The notes beneath the pieces are model-generated. The model searched no databases. It was not told where the DNA came from and saw nothing but the letters and a program-made list of their open reading frames with translations. The translations under genes and the position numbers were made by a program. Source: Gemmatimonadales bacterium (lineage in GTDB: Bacteria > Gemmatimonadota > Gemmatimonadetes > Gemmatimonadales > GWC2-71-9). From it: a DNA stretch of 64,000 nt. The stretch is taken from assembly GCA_036556505.1 (NCBI GenBank), contig DATBJH010000079.1, forward strand, positions 1,629 to 65,628, in the 5' to 3' direction. Below are positions 53,177-62,021 of this stretch, piece by piece; position 1 is the first letter of the stretch, and every line of letters starts with the position of its first letter.

Positions 53177-53902
53177 TCAAGAGCAGCTGATAACCCTTTT
53201 ACTTTTTCCCTTTAACCTTTCACCCATTCCCTGTGCACGCTTCCCGGTGCGGCACGCCTTCCGTACCGGGCACTCCCCACACTTCGCCACCCTCGCCGTG
53301 CAGATCAACGCACCCAGTTCCATCAGCCCCTGATTCACCTCCCAGGCTCGCTTTCCGTCCTTTGGAAGTATCGCCACCGCCGTCGCCCAGACGTGCCTCG
53401 GTGACGACTTCCTTCCGAGTCCAGGATGAAAGACCCGGCGAATGACCCTCGCCACGTTGGTGTCGACAGTGGCAGCGACCTGCTCATACGCGAAGCAGGC
53501 CACCGCGCCCGCGGTGTAGCGTCCCACGCCGGGCAATCGCTCCAGCTCCAAGGGATCGGACGGCATGACCCCAGCGTGCTGGTCCACCACCGCCTGCGCC
53601 AGCCGATGCAGGTTGGCCGCCCGGCGATAGTAGCCCAGCCCCTCCCAGCTCTCCCGGACCGCCGAGGCCGGGGCGGTGGCGAGCTCGTGGATGGTGGGAT
53701 ATCGCTCGAGGAAGCGGTGGTAGTACGCCTCCACCCGCGACACCTGGGTCTGCTGCAGCATGAATTCCGACACCACGATGTGATAGGGATCACGGGTCCG
53801 GCGCCAAGGGAGATCGCGGCCGTGCCGGCGATACCACCGCAGCAGGCCCCGGCGGAATGCGGCGGCCTGCCGCGCGCGCTCGGCCCTAGACTTAGTGGTC
53901 AT
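53177..53902 (-). CDS. HhH-GPD base-excision glycosylase, MutY-like (no C-terminal NUDIX-like domain)
   Basis: LPWRRTRDPYHIVVSEFMLQQTQV, HhH LPGVGRYTAGAV, catalytic VDTNV, and a 4Fe-4S cluster loop CTARVAKCGECPVRKAC. Confidence 0.85.
   Translation of the reverse strand: MTTKSRAERARQAAAFRRGLLRWYRRHGRDLPWRRTRDPYHIVVSEFMLQQTQVSRVEAYYHRFLERYPTIHELATAPASAVRESWEGLGYYRRAANLHRLAQAVVDQHAGVMPSDPLELERLPGVGRYTAGAVACFAYEQVAATVDTNVARVIRRVFHPGLGRKSSPRHVWATAVAILPKDGKRAWEVNQGLMELGALICTARVAKCGECPVRKACRTGKRAQGMGERLKGKSKRVISCS
53194..53225. repeat. Solo arm of a type A heptamer array (CTTTTAC TTTTTCC CTTTAAC CTTTCAC)
   Basis: Heptamer periodicity seen within the last ~17 codons of the MutY-like ORF. I found no matching opposite arm nearby. 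Confidence 0.45.
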
Positions 53903-53933
53903 GGCAAGCGAAGATACGTGCGGCCGGGGGGGA

Positions 53934-54034
53934 GAGCTATCGGCTATCGGCTATCAGCTATCAGCGGTGATGGTTGAGGGCCGGGAGCTCTCCCCCATTA
54001 TCCCCTATGGTCCATAGCCGATAGCCGATAGCTC
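53934..54034. repeat. Tandem-heptamer palindromic element, type B (best-preserved copy)
   Basis: Left arm GAGCTATCG GCTATCG GCTATCA GCTATCA GCGG. Right arm CCATAGC CGATAGC CGATAGCTC. The arms are complementary at 22 of 23 positions. A nested GGGGGAGAGCT/AGCTCTCCCCC pair sits at 53928-53938 and 53985-53995. Confidence 0.7.
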
Positions 54035-54043
54035 ACAACTCCC

Positions 54044-54829
54044 GTGGACGCGCAGACACTCGATCTCCGCCGCTTCGTCGGCCGCTGGGCCCTGGAGGCC
54101 ATGTCCCACGTGGGCCGGGTCTCGCTCATGATGTGGGACACCGCCAAGACCCTCACCGAGTGGCGCGTGTGGCTGCCCCGCACCATGACCGAGGCGTGGA
54201 ACATCGGGGTCGGCAGCCTCTTCATCGTCCTCCTCATCTCCGGCTTTGCCGGCGCCGTCACGGCGCTCCAGGCCCGCTATCAGTTCACCGGCACCATCCC
54301 CATCTACTACCTGGCCGGGGTGATCGTCGAGTCCATCGTGCTGGAGCTGGGGCCCGTGCTCACCGGTCTGGTGCTCGCCGGCCGGATCGGTGCCCGCTAC
54401 GCTGCTGAGCTGGGAACGATGCGGGTCACCGAGCAGATCGACGCCCTCGAGAGCCTCGGCCGCTCGCCGGGGTCGCACTTGATCCTCCCGCGGGTGCTGG
54501 CGGGCTTCATCATGATCCCGGTGCTCGTCATCCTCGCCGACGTGATGGGCATCTTCGCCGGCTGGTTCTCGATGACCGTGGTGCTGCCCATCACTAACGA
54601 AGACTTCGCCTACGGGGCGCGCTCGTTCTGGCGGCCGTTCGACGCGACCTACTCCGTCATCAAGGCCTTCTTCTTCGCCGGGTCCATCACCATCATCGCC
54701 TGCTACATGGGCTTCAACACCAAGCAGGGCGCCGAAGGCGTGGGCCGCGCCACCACCGGCGCGGTGGTCGCGAGCTCGGTGCTGATCCTGTTGCTCGACG
54801 TGCTCCTCGCCAACCTGTTCCTGGCCTAG
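54044..54829 (+). CDS. mlaE: MlaE-family ABC transporter permease
   Basis: 261 aa. ELGPVLTGLVLAGRIGARYAAELGTMRVTEQIDALESLG is the MlaE signature region. Confidence 0.9.
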   Translation: MDAQTLDLRRFVGRWALEAMSHVGRVSLMMWDTAKTLTEWRVWLPRTMTEAWNIGVGSLFIVLLISGFAGAVTALQARYQFTGTIPIYYLAGVIVESIVLELGPVLTGLVLAGRIGARYAAELGTMRVTEQIDALESLGRSPGSHLILPRVLAGFIMIPVLVILADVMGIFAGWFSMTVVLPITNEDFAYGARSFWRPFDATYSVIKAFFFAGSITIIACYMGFNTKQGAEGVGRATTGAVVASSVLILLLDVLLANLFLA

Positions 54830-55582
54830 ATGATTCTCCTCCGCGACGTGCACAAGCGCTTCGGCAGCCAGGTCGTGCTCGACGGCGTCAATCTCGACGT
54901 ACAGGAGGGCGAGACCCTCGCCTTGCTGGGTCCCTCGGGCACCGGAAAGAGCGTCCTCCTCAAGCACATCATCGGACTTATCCGGCCCGACTCCGGCATC
55001 GTGGTGGTGGACGACCAGGACGTGGGGAAGCTCCGGCGTAAGGAGCTGGCCGAGCTCCGCTCCAGGATCGGCTACGTCTTCCAGAACGGCGCGCTGTTCG
55101 ACTCGATGGACGTGTTCGAGAACGTGCGGTTGGGCATCACCGACGAGGACAAGTTCCGGGACGTGGACTACGCCCGCGAGCGGGTCGCCGGCTGCCTCAA
55201 GCTGGTGAATCTCGCGCCCGAGGTGATGGCCAAGTTTCCGGCGGAGCTGTCGGGCGGCATGCGGAAGCGGGTCGGGATCGCCCGGGCCATCGCGGGCAGC
55301 CCCAAGTACCTGCTCTACGACGAGCCCACCTCGGGCCTCGACCCGGTGAACGCCGACGTGATCGACGGTCTGGTGAAGCGCCTCGACAACGAGCTGGGCG
55401 TCACCAGCGTCATGGTGACGCACGACGTGCGCGGGGCCTTCCGCACCGCCGACCGTCTGGCGTTGCTCACCGGAGGGAAGATCGTGCAGCAGGGGACCCA
55501 GGAAGAGTTTCTGAAGTCGAACAACCCCAAGGTGCAGGAGTTCCTGGAGCGGGACTTCCCGGACGCCACCTTCGCCGCCTGA
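54830..55582 (+). CDS. mlaF: MlaF-family ABC transporter ATP-binding protein
   Basis: Walker A GPSGTGKS, signature LSGGMRKRVGIARA, Walker B LLYDEPTSGLD. Confidence 0.9.
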   Translation: MILLRDVHKRFGSQVVLDGVNLDVQEGETLALLGPSGTGKSVLLKHIIGLIRPDSGIVVVDDQDVGKLRRKELAELRSRIGYVFQNGALFDSMDVFENVRLGITDEDKFRDVDYARERVAGCLKLVNLAPEVMAKFPAELSGGMRKRVGIARAIAGSPKYLLYDEPTSGLDPVNADVIDGLVKRLDNELGVTSVMVTHDVRGAFRTADRLALLTGGKIVQQGTQEEFLKSNNPKVQEFLERDFPDATFAA

Positions 55583-55589
55583 GACCGAC

Positions 55590-56501
55590 ATGGATCTGAG
55601 CTACAAGAGGGAAGTCACCGTCGGCAGCCTCGTGATACTGGCCATCGTGCTCTTCGTCGTGGGGACCAGCTGGCTGAGCGGCCGCTCGATCACCGCGGAC
55701 GAGGACGAGTTCTGGAAGGTCCAGTTCCGGTCCGCGAGCAACCTCAAGGCCAGCTCCCCGGTGCGCATCTCGGGTGTGCCTGTGGGGAAGGTCGAACGCA
55801 TTCAGCTGGTGGATGTCGGCAAGGTGCTGGTGATGATCACGCTCCCGGACCGGATCGTCCCGCGGGTGGACGCGAGCGCGCAGGTCGTGGCGGTGGGCTT
55901 CGTGGGCGACGCGGCGATCGAGCTCAACCCCGGGCAGGCGCCCCAGCCCCTCACCCGGGACCGGGTGATTCTCGGGACGCAGGCCGCGGGGTTCGGCGAT
56001 CTGGCCCAGAGCCTCGGCGACCGCGCGGACAGCGTCCTGCTCGGCGCCCAGCAGATCGTGAACAAGCGGACGGCGGACGAGCTCTATGCCACCCTCACGG
56101 CGCTCCAGGGGACGCTCAAGGCGGCGGAGCGGACGATGCGGGTGTACGGCGACGCCCAGAACGGACCGACGGCTCAGCTCACGAAGACGCTGGCCAGTCT
56201 GGAGCAGCTGACAACCCGGCTCGACAGCACCCTCGCCAACCCCGCCCTGGCGCGCACGCTCCAGCGGGCGGACACCCTCACCGGTAACCTGGCCACCATG
56301 ACCGCGCAGTTCAGCTCGACCGGCGCCCAGCTCGACACCCTGCTGGCCAACCTGAACCAGGGGCGGGGCACGATGGGGAAGTTCACCACCGACACCGGGC
56401 TGTACACCGATCTCCGCCAGGTCTCGCAGTCGCTGAAGGAGTTCCTGGACGATCTGAAGAAGCATCCAGGCAAGATTCCGGTGACGGTGGAGATTTTTTA
56501 A
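55590..56501 (+). CDS. MlaD/MCE-domain protein with a helical C-terminal extension
   Basis: N-terminal TM, MCE fold segment (SPVRISGVPVGKVERIQL), and a long helical tail. Confidence 0.85.
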   Translation: MDLSYKREVTVGSLVILAIVLFVVGTSWLSGRSITADEDEFWKVQFRSASNLKASSPVRISGVPVGKVERIQLVDVGKVLVMITLPDRIVPRVDASAQVVAVGFVGDAAIELNPGQAPQPLTRDRVILGTQAAGFGDLAQSLGDRADSVLLGAQQIVNKRTADELYATLTALQGTLKAAERTMRVYGDAQNGPTAQLTKTLASLEQLTTRLDSTLANPALARTLQRADTLTGNLATMTAQFSSTGAQLDTLLANLNQGRGTMGKFTTDTGLYTDLRQVSQSLKEFLDDLKKHPGKIPVTVEIF

Positions 56502-56516
56502 CAGAACAGCGTAACC

Positions 56517-56578
56517 GTGAAGGTAAGAGGTGAAAAGGAGTCGACCCCCCTTTTCACCTTTCACTTTTTACCTTTCCC
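56517..56578. repeat. Tandem-heptamer palindromic element, type A
   Basis: Left arm GTGAAGG TAAGAG GTGAAAAGG. Loop AGTCGACCCC. Right arm CCTTTTCAC CTTTCAC TTTTTAC CTTTCCC. Lies between the mlaD-like stop and the rnz start. Confidence 0.65.
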
Positions 56579-56593
56579 GGTTTCTTTGGTCCC

Positions 56594-57508
56594 ATGCTGA
56601 CCGCCACTTTCCTCGGGACGGGGGCCGCCACGCCGACCGTGGACCGCAACGTCGCGGGGCTCGCCGTGCAGCGGGAAGGGGAGACGATCCTCTTCGATTG
56701 CGGCGAGGGCAACCAGCGGCAGATGATGCGGTACGGAGTCGGCTTCAGCTTCACCGAGATCTTCTTCACCCACTATCACGCGGACCATATCCTCGGCGTG
56801 ACCGGGCTGCTGCGGACCATGGGGCTCCAGGACCGCACCGCGCCGGTCAGGCTGTACGGGCCCCGGGGCGCCCAGCGCGTCCTCGGTGCGGCCATCGCGC
56901 TCGGCATCGAGCGCAACAAGTTTCCGGTCGAGATCGAAGAGGTGCGGCCAGGCGATCGGCTCACGCGGGAACAGTACGACATCGTGGTCTTCGAGACGGA
57001 CCATCGCCCCGACACCGTCGGCTTCGCCCTGGCGGAGCACACCCGGCTGGGCCGGTTCAACCCCGACCGCGCGCGCGAGCTCGGCATTCCCGAGGGACCG
57101 CTCTGGGGCCGGCTGCACAAGGGCGAGACGGTCAGCCTGGAGGACGGCCGAAGCATCGCGCCGGTGGACCTGGTGGGCGCTCCCCGCCGGGGCCGGACCC
57201 TGGTGTACAGCGGCGACACCCGGCCGAGCCTCACGGTGGTGGAGGCGGCCCGCGGTGCCGACCTGCTGATCCACGAGGCCACCTTCGGGAGCGACGAGCT
57301 GGAGCGGGCCAAGGAGACCGGCCACTCGACGGCTGCGGAGGCGGCGAGGGTCGCGGTGGAGGCGGGGGCACGGCGGCTCGTCCTGACGCACATCAGCCCA
57401 CGGTACGGCCGCGACGCGCCGGAGCTGCTCGCCGAAGCGCGGGCGATCTTTCCCGAGACGGTCGTGGCCCGGGACGGGCTGACCGTGGACGTGCCGTTTG
57501 CGGAGTAG
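56594..57508 (+). CDS. rnz: Ribonuclease Z
   Basis: Metallo-beta-lactamase motif FFTHYHADHILG, LFDCGEG, and C-terminal GHSTAAEAA...LVLTHISPRY. Confidence 0.9.
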   Translation: MLTATFLGTGAATPTVDRNVAGLAVQREGETILFDCGEGNQRQMMRYGVGFSFTEIFFTHYHADHILGVTGLLRTMGLQDRTAPVRLYGPRGAQRVLGAAIALGIERNKFPVEIEEVRPGDRLTREQYDIVVFETDHRPDTVGFALAEHTRLGRFNPDRARELGIPEGPLWGRLHKGETVSLEDGRSIAPVDLVGAPRRGRTLVYSGDTRPSLTVVEAARGADLLIHEATFGSDELERAKETGHSTAAEAARVAVEAGARRLVLTHISPRYGRDAPELLAEARAIFPETVVARDGLTVDVPFAE

Positions 57509-58115
57509 CCGGTACCAGCTCGCGCTGCTGATCTCCGCTGGGGCGGTGCTCGTCTGGTCCGGCATCGCTCCGCGCGATCGGTTCACCTGGTTTCTGGAAG
57601 TGGCCCCGGTACTGATCGGCGCGCCGATCCTGGTGGCGCTCCGCAAGCGGTTTCGCCTCACCCGACTGGTCTACACCCTCCTCTGGATCCACGCGATCAT
57701 CCTCATGGTGGGTGGGAAGTACACCTACGCCGAGGTGCCCTTCGGCTTCTGGCTCCAGGACGCGTTGGGATTCTCCCGCAATCATTACGACCGGATCGGC
57801 CACTTCGCTCAGGGCTTCGTTCCCGCCATGCTGGCGCGCGAAGTCCTGATCCGCCGCTCCCCGCTCGGCGGCAGCCGCTGGCTCCCGGTTCTCGTGGTGT
57901 GCTTCTGCCTCGCATTCAGCGCGCTCTACGAGCTGATCGAGTTCTGGACCGCGCTGGCGACGGGCGAAGCGGCCGAGGCGTTCCTGGGGACCCAGGGCGA
58001 CGTGTGGGACACGCAGTGGGACATGCAGATGGCGCTGATCGGCGCGGTGGCGGCGTTGACGACGCTCTCCGGGCTCCACGACCGACAGCTGGCGCGTCTG
58101 CCGGCTCAGGCGTAG
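57498..58115 (+). CDS. DUF2238 (YjdF-like) membrane protein
   Basis: GGKYTYAEVPFG...SRNHYDRIGHFAQGFVPA...YELIEFW blocks. Confidence 0.8.
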   Translation: MRSSRYQLALLISAGAVLVWSGIAPRDRFTWFLEVAPVLIGAPILVALRKRFRLTRLVYTLLWIHAIILMVGGKYTYAEVPFGFWLQDALGFSRNHYDRIGHFAQGFVPAMLAREVLIRRSPLGGSRWLPVLVVCFCLAFSALYELIEFWTALATGEAAEAFLGTQGDVWDTQWDMQMALIGAVAALTTLSGLHDRQLARLPAQA

Positions 58116-59494
58116 CGCGCCAGGATTCTCCCGACGTCGAACTTCTTCTCCGCCGCGCGCAGCGACATCGAGCGGACGGTGCCGAAGATCGGCCGCCGGT
58201 AGAACGGCCGATCGAATTTTCCGAGCACCCAATGCAGGTTGAGATAGGTGCTGGGATCCCGACCGTCGAGCGCGTACTTGTTGTTGAGGTGCTCCAGGAT
58301 CGCCAGCGCGTCGGCGGCGGTACCGGTCCACTGGACCACGGCCTTCCCCCAGAGCATCCGCAGCGTATTCGGCATCCAGCCGTCGCGCAGGTAGGCCCGC
58401 TGGGCAGCGTTCCACAGCGGCTCCCCGGTCCGGGCCTCCTCCAGCTCCTCCAGCGAGTAGAGTGCCGGCCGCTGGTCCGCCTCTCCCCGGGCCAGCTCCG
58501 CCCGCGCCCAGGGAGGGATCGCTTCCACCGTGCGGTGCCGGGGATTGAAGTGGGTGAAGTTGAACGCCAGCTCGCGCCAGGTGAGGATCTCGTCCTTGAA
58601 CTTCGCGAACTGAAGCGCGCATCCGGCTTCACGGGCGTGGAACAGGACCTCGCGCGAGGAGATGTTGCCGAAGTGCAGGTAGGGCGAGAGCCCGCTGGTG
58701 GCGTTGGCGTTCGGGTCCGTCCGTTCCTCCCCGTAGCGCGGAAGCCCCTCGTCCAGGAACCGCTCCAGCATGCGGCGAGCCGCCCTGGTGCCCCCCCGCA
58801 GGTCGGGCACGGGCGCCACGGTGTGGTCGATGTCACAGGCGGCCACCAGGGAGCGGATCCGCGCCCGTTCGGGCAGCGTGGGGGCGAAGGGCAGATCCAC
58901 CTTGCGCCGCACCCGTGGCTCGGGTGTGGGCGACAGGTAGTGGAAATCGGGAAGTGCCTTGTCGAGGCGAGCCCGGAACGGGGGCGCGCTGGAGTACTCG
59001 CGCTCGTGGTACCGCACCGGGACGACGGTCGCCGAGTCCACCGCCACGACCGGCGTCTCCACCTGGCGACGCAGTGTCCGGGTCGCCCGCGGCACCACGA
59101 AGGTGGGGAAGTAGTCGGTCACCACCAGCGCGGCGCGTCGGGCCAGCGCGACCAGTGGAGCCGGCTCTCCACGCCGGGCGCGCTTCTCGCGCTCGCGCCC
59201 ATCGCGCTCGAGGTGGAGCGCGTACTGGATGCCCTGCTCGGCGAAGGCGTCGTGGAGGCCGGCCGCGGACTCCAGGACGAAGGTGTGCAGGCGATCGCTG
59301 GCCCAGGGGTAATCGTGCTGCAGGCCGTGATACACCAGGACCGGCAGCCGGAGCGAGTTCGCCTGCTCGATCGCGAACGTCAGGGCATGGCTGTCGTGTG
59401 CCCTGAGGGTGCTCTGCATCCAGTAGAGCACGTGGTCCCCACCGGCACGGGGGCCCCGCTCGCCGTGCGCGTGGATCCTGAGGTCGTCGATCAT
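58106..59494 (-). CDS. Deoxyribodipyrimidine photolyase, class II-like
   Basis: ORF 58106-60214 trimmed to MIDDLRIH (ATGA overlap with the upstream stop at 59491-59494). VLYWMQSTLRAHDSHAL, LSPYLHFGNISSREV, WNAAQRAYLRDGWMPNTLRMLWGK. Confidence 0.9.
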   Translation of the reverse strand: MIDDLRIHAHGERGPRAGGDHVLYWMQSTLRAHDSHALTFAIEQANSLRLPVLVYHGLQHDYPWASDRLHTFVLESAAGLHDAFAEQGIQYALHLERDGREREKRARRGEPAPLVALARRAALVVTDYFPTFVVPRATRTLRRQVETPVVAVDSATVVPVRYHEREYSSAPPFRARLDKALPDFHYLSPTPEPRVRRKVDLPFAPTLPERARIRSLVAACDIDHTVAPVPDLRGGTRAARRMLERFLDEGLPRYGEERTDPNANATSGLSPYLHFGNISSREVLFHAREAGCALQFAKFKDEILTWRELAFNFTHFNPRHRTVEAIPPWARAELARGEADQRPALYSLEELEEARTGEPLWNAAQRAYLRDGWMPNTLRMLWGKAVVQWTGTAADALAILEHLNNKYALDGRDPSTYLNLHWVLGKFDRPFYRRPIFGTVRSMSLRAAEKKFDVGRILARYA

Positions 59495-60964
59495 TGCAGC
59501 TCGCCGGCGACGGAACGGCCGCCCGCGGCCCGGACGATGTTGCGCAGCATCCCGGCGAAGACGAGCTGATGGATGCCCCACAGCCCGTACCAGTAGAGGA
59601 GGCCCCGCAGCCCGACCGGCTCGAACAGCGCGGTCTGGCGGATGCAGCTGCCACCGGCTTCCGGCCTCACCTCGAACTGCAGCCATGCACGCCCCGGAAG
59701 CCGCATCTCGGCGGCCAGGCGGAGCAGGCGGCCGGGCTCGACCGCCTCGACCCGCCAGAAATCCACCGTGTCCCCCGGGGACAGCGCGTCCGCGTGCCGG
59801 CGGCCCCGCCGCAAGCCGGGACCGCCGACCGCGAGATCGAGCAGCCCGCGCAGCCTCCAGAGACGGTTCCCGTAATACCAGCCGACCTGGCCGCCGATCC
59901 GTGAGATCGGGCGATACGCCTGTTCCGGAGCACATGCGACCCAGGCCGCCCGCGAGTCTACCCGGCGGGAGCCGAAACGCAGCCCGCCCCAAGCGCGCCC
60001 GACTCGCCGGGAAGAGAGGGCATCCGACCAGCGGGTCGCGGCGAAGCCGAGATCCTCGTTCACCAGGGCGCGGGCGAGCACCTCCTGCACGCCGCGAGGC
60101 CGGATGCTGAAGTCCCGCAGCGCGCGGTGGTCGCGCACCACCGTCGGGTTGCGCACGCCCTCGATCAGTTCCCGTCCAACCTGAGCGTAGACCGGAGTGA
60201 CCAGCCCCAGCCACAGGCTCGAGAGGTGGGGCGTGAGCGCCGGGACCGGGATCATCATGCGCCGAAGGCCCCGAAGCCGGGCGTACTCGCGCATCAGGTC
60301 GCCGTAGGAGACCCGGTCGGGTCCGCCGATCTCGTAGATGACGATGCCTCTACCGGGCAGGTCGAGCGCGGCCACCAGGTAGGCCACGAGGTCCTCGACC
60401 CCGATCGGCTGCGATGGCGACTCGACCCAGCGCGGCGTCAGCATGACCGGAAGCTTCTCGACCAGCCCGCGCACCAGCTCGAAGGAGAGGCTGCCCGACC
60501 CGATCACGATCGAGGCGCGAAACTCGATCGTGGGGACGCCCGACTCGCGGAGGATGCGGCCGACCTCCTGCCGGCTCGCGAGATGGGGGGACAGCCGCTC
60601 CCCCTCACCCAGGCCGCCGAGATAGATGATCCGGTGCACCCCGGCCTCGCGGGCCGCCCGGGCGAACGCCTCCGCCCCCCGCCGGTCGCTCGCGGCGTAG
60701 TCGCGGGACGTCGCCATGGAGTGGATCAGGTAGTAGGCGGTGTGCACGCCGCGAAGCGCCGTCGTCAGGCTCTCCGGCTTCGACACATCGCCAGCGACGA
60801 CTTCGGTGCTCTCCGCGACCCTCGCGCGCAGATACTCGGGCCGTCTCGCCATGCAGCGCAGCCGGCGTCCGTCCGCCTCCAGCGCCCGCCGCAGCCGCCC
60901 GCCCACGTAGCCGCTCGCGCCGGTGAGCAGGATCAGCTGGTCGCCGCGAGTCATCGTACCGGTT
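59491..60964 (-). CDS. NAD(P)-binding SDR-family protein fused to a DUF2867-like domain
   Basis: Trimmed to MTRGDQLILLTGASGYVGGRL (Rossmann motif TGxxGxxG). The C-terminal half (WRVEAVEPGRLLRLAAEMRLPGRAWLQFEV) resembles DUF2867. Confidence 0.85.
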
Positions 60965-61907
60965 CCTCGGCCAGTCGGGGAAGCAGGGCTCGGAACTCCG
61001 CCAGCGATTCGATCACCCGGGCGCCGGCGGCCTCCACGCCGGCGCGGCGCTGGAGCGCGCCCGTGCCGCCCACGAGGAGCGCGACATCGTGCGGCAGGCG
61101 CGATCGCGTATCGCGCAGCGCGCCGAGCAGATCGCCACCCTCGGGCTGGTGCACCGCGCTGATGGCGACGGCGCGCGCCCCCGACAGTCCCACCGCGCTC
61201 ACGAGGTCGGCGACCGGCAGGTCGGGCCCGAGGTAGGTGACGTTCCAGCCCTCCGCGGCGGCGCTGGCCGCCGCCATGAGGGCACCGAGCTCGTGGGCGT
61301 GGTGCGGCGGTGTGGCCACCACCAGCCGCGGTGCCCCGTTCCTCGCCTCGTAGAGATGCAGGAGCCATCCCAGTACCCGCCGGATCACCGCCGAGGCCAT
61401 GTGTTCCTGGGCCACGGATACCGAGCGCTCGCTCCAGCCGTGGCCGATCCGCTCCAGCAGCGGACTGACCACCTGGTCCACGAAGACCGAAGTCCCGAGG
61501 GTGACCGCCGCCCGCTCCAGAACGGCCTGCAGCTCTGCCGGGTCGAGCCGCAGGGTGGCTTCGAGGGCCGTGGCGGCGGCATCCGGGGCGCTCTCACCGG
61601 GCGTCCCCGATTGCCCGGTCGGGGCCTCATCCTCCAGCCGGGCCAGCTCGGCCAGCGGAAGCGCGGCGATCCGTCCGATGGCGTGGCCCCGATCGGTGAG
61701 CCGGCGCAGGCGCAGCAGGCGCTCGACGTCGAGATCGGAATACAGCCGCTGTCCCCCCTCGCTCCTCTTCGGGCTCACGACCCGGTAGCGGCGCTCCCAG
61801 GCCCGGAGCACGTGAGGGGAGAGGCCGGTCCGGATGGCGACCAGGCGGACGGGGTAGCGGGGATCGGTGGAGGGTGGTGTGTCGGTCACAGGATCATTGT
61901 ACAGCAC
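60951..61907 (-). CDS. MerR-family regulator with a C-terminal cobalamin-binding domain (CarH/LitR-like)
   Basis: MerR HTH VRLVAIRTGLSPHVLRAWERRY. C-terminal B12-binding-type HHAHELGALMAAASAAAEGWNVTYLG (xHxxG). GTG start. Confidence 0.85.
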   Translation of the reverse strand: MLYNDPVTDTPPSTDPRYPVRLVAIRTGLSPHVLRAWERRYRVVSPKRSEGGQRLYSDLDVERLLRLRRLTDRGHAIGRIAALPLAELARLEDEAPTGQSGTPGESAPDAAATALEATLRLDPAELQAVLERAAVTLGTSVFVDQVVSPLLERIGHGWSERSVSVAQEHMASAVIRRVLGWLLHLYEARNGAPRLVVATPPHHAHELGALMAAASAAAEGWNVTYLGPDLPVADLVSAVGLSGARAVAISAVHQPEGGDLLGALRDTRSRLPHDVALLVGGTGALQRRAGVEAAGARVIESLAEFRALLPRLAEEPVR

Positions 61908-62021
61908 TGTCTAGCTCTCGTCAAGCTTTTGACTTATACAATAGCTTGACAAAGCCTGCGCACACCCATATTTTCTTCGACAGTTGTTAGACGATAATTC
62001 ACACGTTATGGAGGCTAAAAG

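Noticed and set aside
13431-56578. Whether the heptamer/octamer repeat arrays could be CRISPR arrays.
   Set aside because: The units are only 7-8 nt, directly abutting with no unique spacers, and arranged as inverted arms. No cas genes are present. They are not CRISPR.
58106-61368. N-terminal extensions of the photolyase ORF (to 60214) and the SDR/DUF2867 ORF (to 61368).
   Set aside because: The extended parts are Arg/Gly/Pro-rich, overlap the upstream genes completely, and precede the point where family homology starts (MIDDLRIH, MTRGDQLILLTGASG). I trimmed both to internal ATGs that give ATGA or short overlaps.
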